Shown piece after piece: positions 59,399 through 64,000 of a DNA stretch of 64,000 bases. Below the pieces are notes generated by a model, which saw only the letters and a list, made by a program, of their open reading frames with translations, ran no database searches and was not told where the DNA came from. This DNA is from Oceanispirochaeta sp. (GTDB lineage: Bacteria; Spirochaetota; Spirochaetia; DSM-2461): positions 32,001-96,000 of the forward strand of contig CAXXXD010000004.1 of assembly GCA_963663385.2 (NCBI GenBank), given 5' to 3'. How positions within the stretch are numbered: the first letter of the stretch is position 1; every line of letters starts with the position of its first letter. The position numbers and the translations under genes were made by a program.

Positions 59399-61171
59399 AT
59401 GAGATTTATGCTGAGATTTAAGTTTCTGATGAATACCCTGCTGACTATCGCCATGCTTATTACACTTACCTTCTTTGCTTATACGGGATTATCAAAATCC
59501 CTGATAGTCTTCCTGGGGGTGATTTTCAGTCTGGTATCTATAATTGTTAGCGCCGTATTATTGAAAACATTCTCAGGTGTTTTTAAAAAAACAAATCAGG
59601 CAATAATTGACTTTGGTAAATCCGGAAGCAATATGACCAGTCATCTTGAAATAAACAGTAATAACGAACTGGGTGACATCACCGGTAGTTTTAACATCTT
59701 TATCGATAACCTCAGAGAGGTTCTTATCAACCTTTTCGACCTGATACACCGTAACCATCAGCTTGGAAATCATTTAGGCAACTCGTCCAAGGAGACAGCC
59801 GAATCGGTCAATGGAATTATCAGACGGGTTCAGAGCATGGAAGTAAGCGGAAAACAGTTAAATGAATCCATACTTCAATCCTCTTCAGCAATGGAAGAAA
59901 TCATGCGATCCATCGAAAGCCTCAATAATCAGGTGGAGCAGCAGTTTCAGGCTATCGAACAGTCCAGTTCCTCTACGGAGCAGATCATGGCATCGATTAC
60001 GAATGTCGCAAAGATCAGTGAAAATCGTCTTTCCTCCATGAATACTCTGGTGGAGCTGATTAATAACGGCGGAGAAAAGGTAGAAGAGACCAGCCGGATT
60101 ATTCAGGAGATTCAAAAGAATGCGGATGAGATGATGAGCATGATCGATATCATCAATAATATTTCCAGTCAAACGAACCTCCTGGCAATGAATGCCTCTA
60201 TAGAAGCCGCTCATGCCGGTGAGGCAGGGAAAGGATTTGCAGTAGTCGCTGATGAAATCAGGAAACTGGCGGAAGATACGGGTGAAAATGCGAGCCGGAT
60301 AGCCGACAGCCTGAACTCAACCACAAAAAAAATCAATGAAGCAAACGCCTCAGGTGCGGAAAGTGAAAAGGCTCTTATCGTAATCAATAGAGAAGTTAAT
60401 CTTTTCAGCGATGCCTTAGAAGATGTTTCCTACTCCATGGGAGAACTTTCCCAGGCAAGCAATGAAATTCTCCAGTCTATCGAGATTCTGAAAAATACCA
60501 GCAGCGTAGTGCTCACCGCATCGGAAGAGATGAAAATGGGAGCGAAGGAATCCATGGAATCTATTCTGCAGATAAAAGATGTTTCCGCTCGGAATCTGAC
60601 CGATATGAACCGTGTAATGGAGCGGACAGAGGAACTGAATACCCTATCTCTGCAGGTATCTGCTTTCAGTAATCAGAATCGTTACAACAACTCTCTTCTT
60701 ATCAGTGAAATAGAAAAATTCGAACTGGGTAGGGATGGGGCGGAGAACAGGGAGCTGGTAATGGGTATCGACTGGTCAGATGTTCTATCCGTAGGCATAA
60801 CTGATATGGACAGTGAACATAAAGAGCTCTTTAACCGGATCAATGCCCTTCTCAGTTCTCTTCTGGGAAGGGATAAGAACTATGATGTGGGAAAGCTGGT
60901 CGGTTTTATTAATGAATACATTGATTATCACTTCCGGGATGAGGAGAAGATGCTGGAATCCTGGAATTATCCGGAACTGGAACAGCACAAGAAGCTCCAT
61001 GCTATCTATGAGGAGTATTTTGCACATATCGAAAAAGAACTGACTGCCGGAAATTTTGATGCGCTTCTGTTGATGGAGATTCAGGAAAAGGTGGTTAACT
61101 GGCTGCTGAATCACATCGCAAAGGTGGATAAAAAATATGGAGAATATATCGCAAAACAAAAGAAAATATAG
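59399..61171 (+). CDS. Methyl-accepting chemotaxis protein with C-terminal hemerythrin domain
   Basis: Two adjacent TMs, [38 protein letters not shown]; hemerythrin W..G...D.EH, HF.DEE, H...H and NHI...D. Confidence 0.93.
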   Translation: MRFMLRFKFLMNTLLTIAMLITLTFFAYTGLSKSLIVFLGVIFSLVSIIVSAVLLKTFSGVFKKTNQAIIDFGKSGSNMTSHLEINSNNELGDITGSFNIFIDNLREVLINLFDLIHRNHQLGNHLGNSSKETAESVNGIIRRVQSMEVSGKQLNESILQSSSAMEEIMRSIESLNNQVEQQFQAIEQSSSSTEQIMASITNVAKISENRLSSMNTLVELINNGGEKVEETSRIIQEIQKNADEMMSMIDIINNISSQTNLLAMNASIEAAHAGEAGKGFAVVADEIRKLAEDTGENASRIADSLNSTTKKINEANASGAESEKALIVINREVNLFSDALEDVSYSMGELSQASNEILQSIEILKNTSSVVLTASEEMKMGAKESMESILQIKDVSARNLTDMNRVMERTEELNTLSLQVSAFSNQNRYNNSLLISEIEKFELGRDGAENRELVMGIDWSDVLSVGITDMDSEHKELFNRINALLSSLLGRDKNYDVGKLVGFINEYIDYHFRDEEKMLESWNYPELEQHKKLHAIYEEYFAHIEKELTAGNFDALLLMEIQEKVVNWLLNHIAKVDKKYGEYIAKQKKI

Positions 61172-61222
61172 CTCATAGCAGCAGGCTCAATCCAAAATAA
61201 TACTGATACAAAGGATTATAAA

Positions 61223-62896
61223 ATGAAATTCACTAAGCCGTCTCTCCATGTATTACTCACAGCCTTCTATGTCTGTTGTCTGATTCCTCTGGCATTCCTT
61301 TTCATCGGAAACAGCATCATCAGGATTCTGGTGCCTGTACTTGTCACCGTCCATGCCGTGACCAGTATTATAAGTTTCAGAGGACTTCAGAAAATCATCC
61401 ATTCCTTCAATGATGTCGTTCATAGTCGTTTGAGCAGAGACAGGACAAAAGCCTCCGACAGCGTTGAAGCCTTATCGGACCATATGAACGCCTGCCATCT
61501 ATCGAGAAGAAAAACCAATGCCATTCTTAAAAAGAACAAAGAGCATTCTTCTGAATTCACAAAAGAGCTCAAGGATTCGGTTTATCTGACAACAACCATC
61601 AATGGCAGCGTACAGAGTATTAAGGGTAAAATAACCAATCTGAATGATTCTCTGCTCAATTCCTCTTCCGCTATTGAAGAGATCGCCCAGACCATCAACT
61701 CCTTTTCGTCCCAGATTGAAGAACAATCCGCGTCGGTCATCCAGACCTCTTCAGCCATAGAGCAGATGGATGCCTCTATCCGTAATGTCAGTGATATTAC
61801 CAGCCGGGAAAACCAGACGGCCATGGACTTGCTGCAGCTGGCCGAAAAAAGCCAGCAGGGTATGGAAGAGATGAACAGGATAATCGAAACGGTGAATAAC
61901 AACATTGATGCGGTGCAGGAAATCATCACCGTGATAGAGAATATCGCATCTCAAACCAACCTGCTGTCAATGAATGCGGCGATTGAGGCAGCCCATGCGG
62001 GTGAAGCGGGCAAAGGTTTTGCCGTAGTCGCGGAGGAGATCAGAAAGCTGGCGGAATCAACGGCGGAAAACTCTACCCTCATATCCCATACTTTGAAAAA
62101 AATTGTGGATAACGTCCGGAAAGTAAAAACCGCCGGGGCTGAGAGTCTGAATGATTTCAATCAGATTCGAACCGAGACAGAACACCTGACTGATGCCTTT
62201 GTCTCCATCAAGAGTGCAACATCTGAGCTCAATGTGGGAAGCCGGGAAATAGTCAAGGCCACCCAGATTCTAAACGACATTTCCCTGCATATAAAAAACG
62301 GTTCCAGTGAAATCGGAGACAGCACCAGGGATATTCAGGATTCGATTACCACAATTGTAGAAGCCAGCAATGAGACGGAATCGGAAATCAGCAGAATCAC
62401 GGATGTCTCAAAAAGTATGAATATGATGTTTATGAATATATCCAATATATTCCTTGATTATGAAATATACCTGGATAAAATAGAGGAATTTCAGAATTTC
62501 GAATTTGGAAAAGCCAGTAATTTATCCGTTGTAAAGGTTATTATTCAGCACCTGCTCTGGCTTATCAAAGCCAGGGCTATTATTGACGGAACCCTGAAGG
62601 TCTCTGCCTCGGAAATTACCGATCACCACTCCTGCGAACTGGGGCAGTGGATCGACAAGAGTGCTCCCGACAGGATTAAGAAACTGCCCTACTTCAGCAC
62701 TATGACGGATAACCATGAAAAACTGCATTCCCTGGTGAAAACCATTACTGAAACAGTCCGGAGCAGTACGTTTGAAGAAACCGAAGAAAAATATAAAGAT
62801 CTGCTGAAACTGTCGGAACAGGTTATAGATGATCTGAACAGAATACAGATGGAATTGGACGGTAGTGTTCCAAAGACATCTGTCCCGGTAGGCTGA
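61223..62896 (+). CDS. Methyl-accepting chemotaxis protein with C-terminal CZB domain
   Basis: Two adjacent TMs; MCP hairpin; QHLLW...[10 protein letters not shown]...NHEKLH zinc-binding motif. Confidence 0.9.
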   Translation: MKFTKPSLHVLLTAFYVCCLIPLAFLFIGNSIIRILVPVLVTVHAVTSIISFRGLQKIIHSFNDVVHSRLSRDRTKASDSVEALSDHMNACHLSRRKTNAILKKNKEHSSEFTKELKDSVYLTTTINGSVQSIKGKITNLNDSLLNSSSAIEEIAQTINSFSSQIEEQSASVIQTSSAIEQMDASIRNVSDITSRENQTAMDLLQLAEKSQQGMEEMNRIIETVNNNIDAVQEIITVIENIASQTNLLSMNAAIEAAHAGEAGKGFAVVAEEIRKLAESTAENSTLISHTLKKIVDNVRKVKTAGAESLNDFNQIRTETEHLTDAFVSIKSATSELNVGSREIVKATQILNDISLHIKNGSSEIGDSTRDIQDSITTIVEASNETESEISRITDVSKSMNMMFMNISNIFLDYEIYLDKIEEFQNFEFGKASNLSVVKVIIQHLLWLIKARAIIDGTLKVSASEITDHHSCELGQWIDKSAPDRIKKLPYFSTMTDNHEKLHSLVKTITETVRSSTFEETEEKYKDLLKLSEQVIDDLNRIQMELDGSVPKTSVPVG

Positions 62897-63111
62897 CAGG
62901 TCCCGTGAAAGCGTCTCTTGAGGTTCCAGGGTAATCCTGCAGTCCGGGGGGGATTGGGCAAACACCAAAACACCACTTTTCACTGTCTCCCCCTCTTAAA
63001 GTTCCTGAATATCCGGGAGCTTGTCTGTAGAGGGGGCCTTTCTTGTGGCCAAGTGTGCCGTCTATCAAGGCAGGATCTTATATTTTTCTAATATACAAGA
63101 TTAGGAATATT

Positions 63112-64000
63112 TTAAGTTGTATTATTCTCTTTCCTCCTGTTTTCTAGAGCTGATTTCAGACGTAATACCAGTTCTTCCAGAACAGAAGTAGGGCAAGCCA
63201 GATTTATTCTTTCAAAACAGCTCCCTTCTGAGCCAAAGATGTACCCCTCGCTAAAGAACGCAGATACCTTTGTTTTCATGAAACTTTCCAGTTCTTCCTG
63301 TGACATCTGCAATCCACGGCAATCCCACCATTGCAGATAGGTTCCTTCCATGTTAAATACCGATATTTCTGGAATATTTATAGATAAATAATTCTCTAGG
63401 AATGCTTTATTTTTGTTGATCAGATCTATAAACTCATCAAGCCATGAGATACAGGATGTATAGACAATCTCTGTTGCTGCAAATGCAATTGGGTTATGTA
63501 CGGCAATGGAATTTCGTTTCATAGCGTTATTGAAATCTTCTCGTAATTTACTGTTTTTGATAATGATGTTGGATATTTGCATTCCTGCCAGGTTAAAAGT
63601 TTTACTTGGTGACGTGCAAGTAATACAGTTCTCTGCGATTCTATCTGACATTGATGCAAATACATGATGCTCATGTCCAGGCAGAATAATATCAAAATGA
63701 ATTTCATCAGACACAATCAGTACGTTATTATCCAAACATATCTCTGCTACCTGCAATAATTCAGATTTTGTCCAAACACGGCCTACAGGATTGTGAGGAC
63801 TGCAAAAAATCAACATTTTATTCTTTGAGTCAGATGCCTTAAGTTTAAGGTCGTCAAAATCAATCTTGTAGCTTTTGTCAGACTCAATCAAGGAACTTTT
63901 TACAATTGTTCTGTCATTACGACTGATTGAATCATAAAAGGGGTGATAGACAGGAGTAAGCAGAATTACACCGTCACCAGGTTCGGTATAGGCCTGCACC
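63112..64000 (-). CDS. MalY/PatB-family PLP enzyme (cystathionine beta-lyase-like), 5' end outside the window
   Basis: TPVY.PF, CSPHNPVGRVW, SDEIH, SPSKTFNLAG, EGTYL.W and RINLACP. Confidence 0.92.
   Translation of the reverse strand, partial: VQAYTEPGDGVILLTPVYHPFYDSISRNDRTIVKSSLIESDKSYKIDFDDLKLKASDSKNKMLIFCSPHNPVGRVWTKSELLQVAEICLDNNVLIVSDEIHFDIILPGHEHHVFASMSDRIAENCITCTSPSKTFNLAGMQISNIIIKNSKLREDFNNAMKRNSIAVHNPIAFAATEIVYTSCISWLDEFIDLINKNKAFLENYLSINIPEISVFNMEGTYLQWWDCRGLQMSQEELESFMKTKVSAFFSEGYIFGSEGSCFERINLACPTSVLEELVLRLKSALENRRKENNTT

Noticed and set aside
1..64000. CRISPR arrays, tRNA/rRNA, IS elements, prophage
   Set aside because: I saw no periodic repeats, cloverleaf signatures, transposase, integrase or phage genes by eye; a computational scan would be needed to exclude short elements.

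Overview
Gene-dense bacterial chromosome segment, most likely from an anaerobic free-living spirochaete. This taxonomy is inferred only from the repeated 'LFAGGxxE / YASGSQE / AYAGGQQE'-type N-termini of the solute-binding proteins. Most of the window is uptake and catabolism modules: five ABC systems, GH29, GH130, GT4, an esterase, an amidohydrolase, URO-D-like proteins, and AraC/LacI/two-component regulators. Three loci stand out. (1) A cobalamin riboswitch (~2600-2795) heads an operon encoding a FecCD/BtuCD-type ABC importer, whose binding protein carries dockerin-like repeats, followed by a three-gene group IV nitrogenase-like (H/D/K-like) reductase. (2) A sigma54-promoter-driven CUT2 sugar ABC operon (28896-36862) ends in an NtrC-type activator and a soluble histidine kinase whose input domain is an ABC ATPase domain (NBD-PAS-HisKA-HATPase). 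(3) A four-gene chaperone-usher-type pilus cluster (39043-43730) has a last gene that apparently starts at CTG. There are also tandem chemoreceptors with hemerythrin and CZB domains and several deletion-scarred pseudogenes missing from the ORF track. I saw no rRNA, tRNA, CRISPR array or transposase. All family calls come from motif recognition by eye; no database searches were run.
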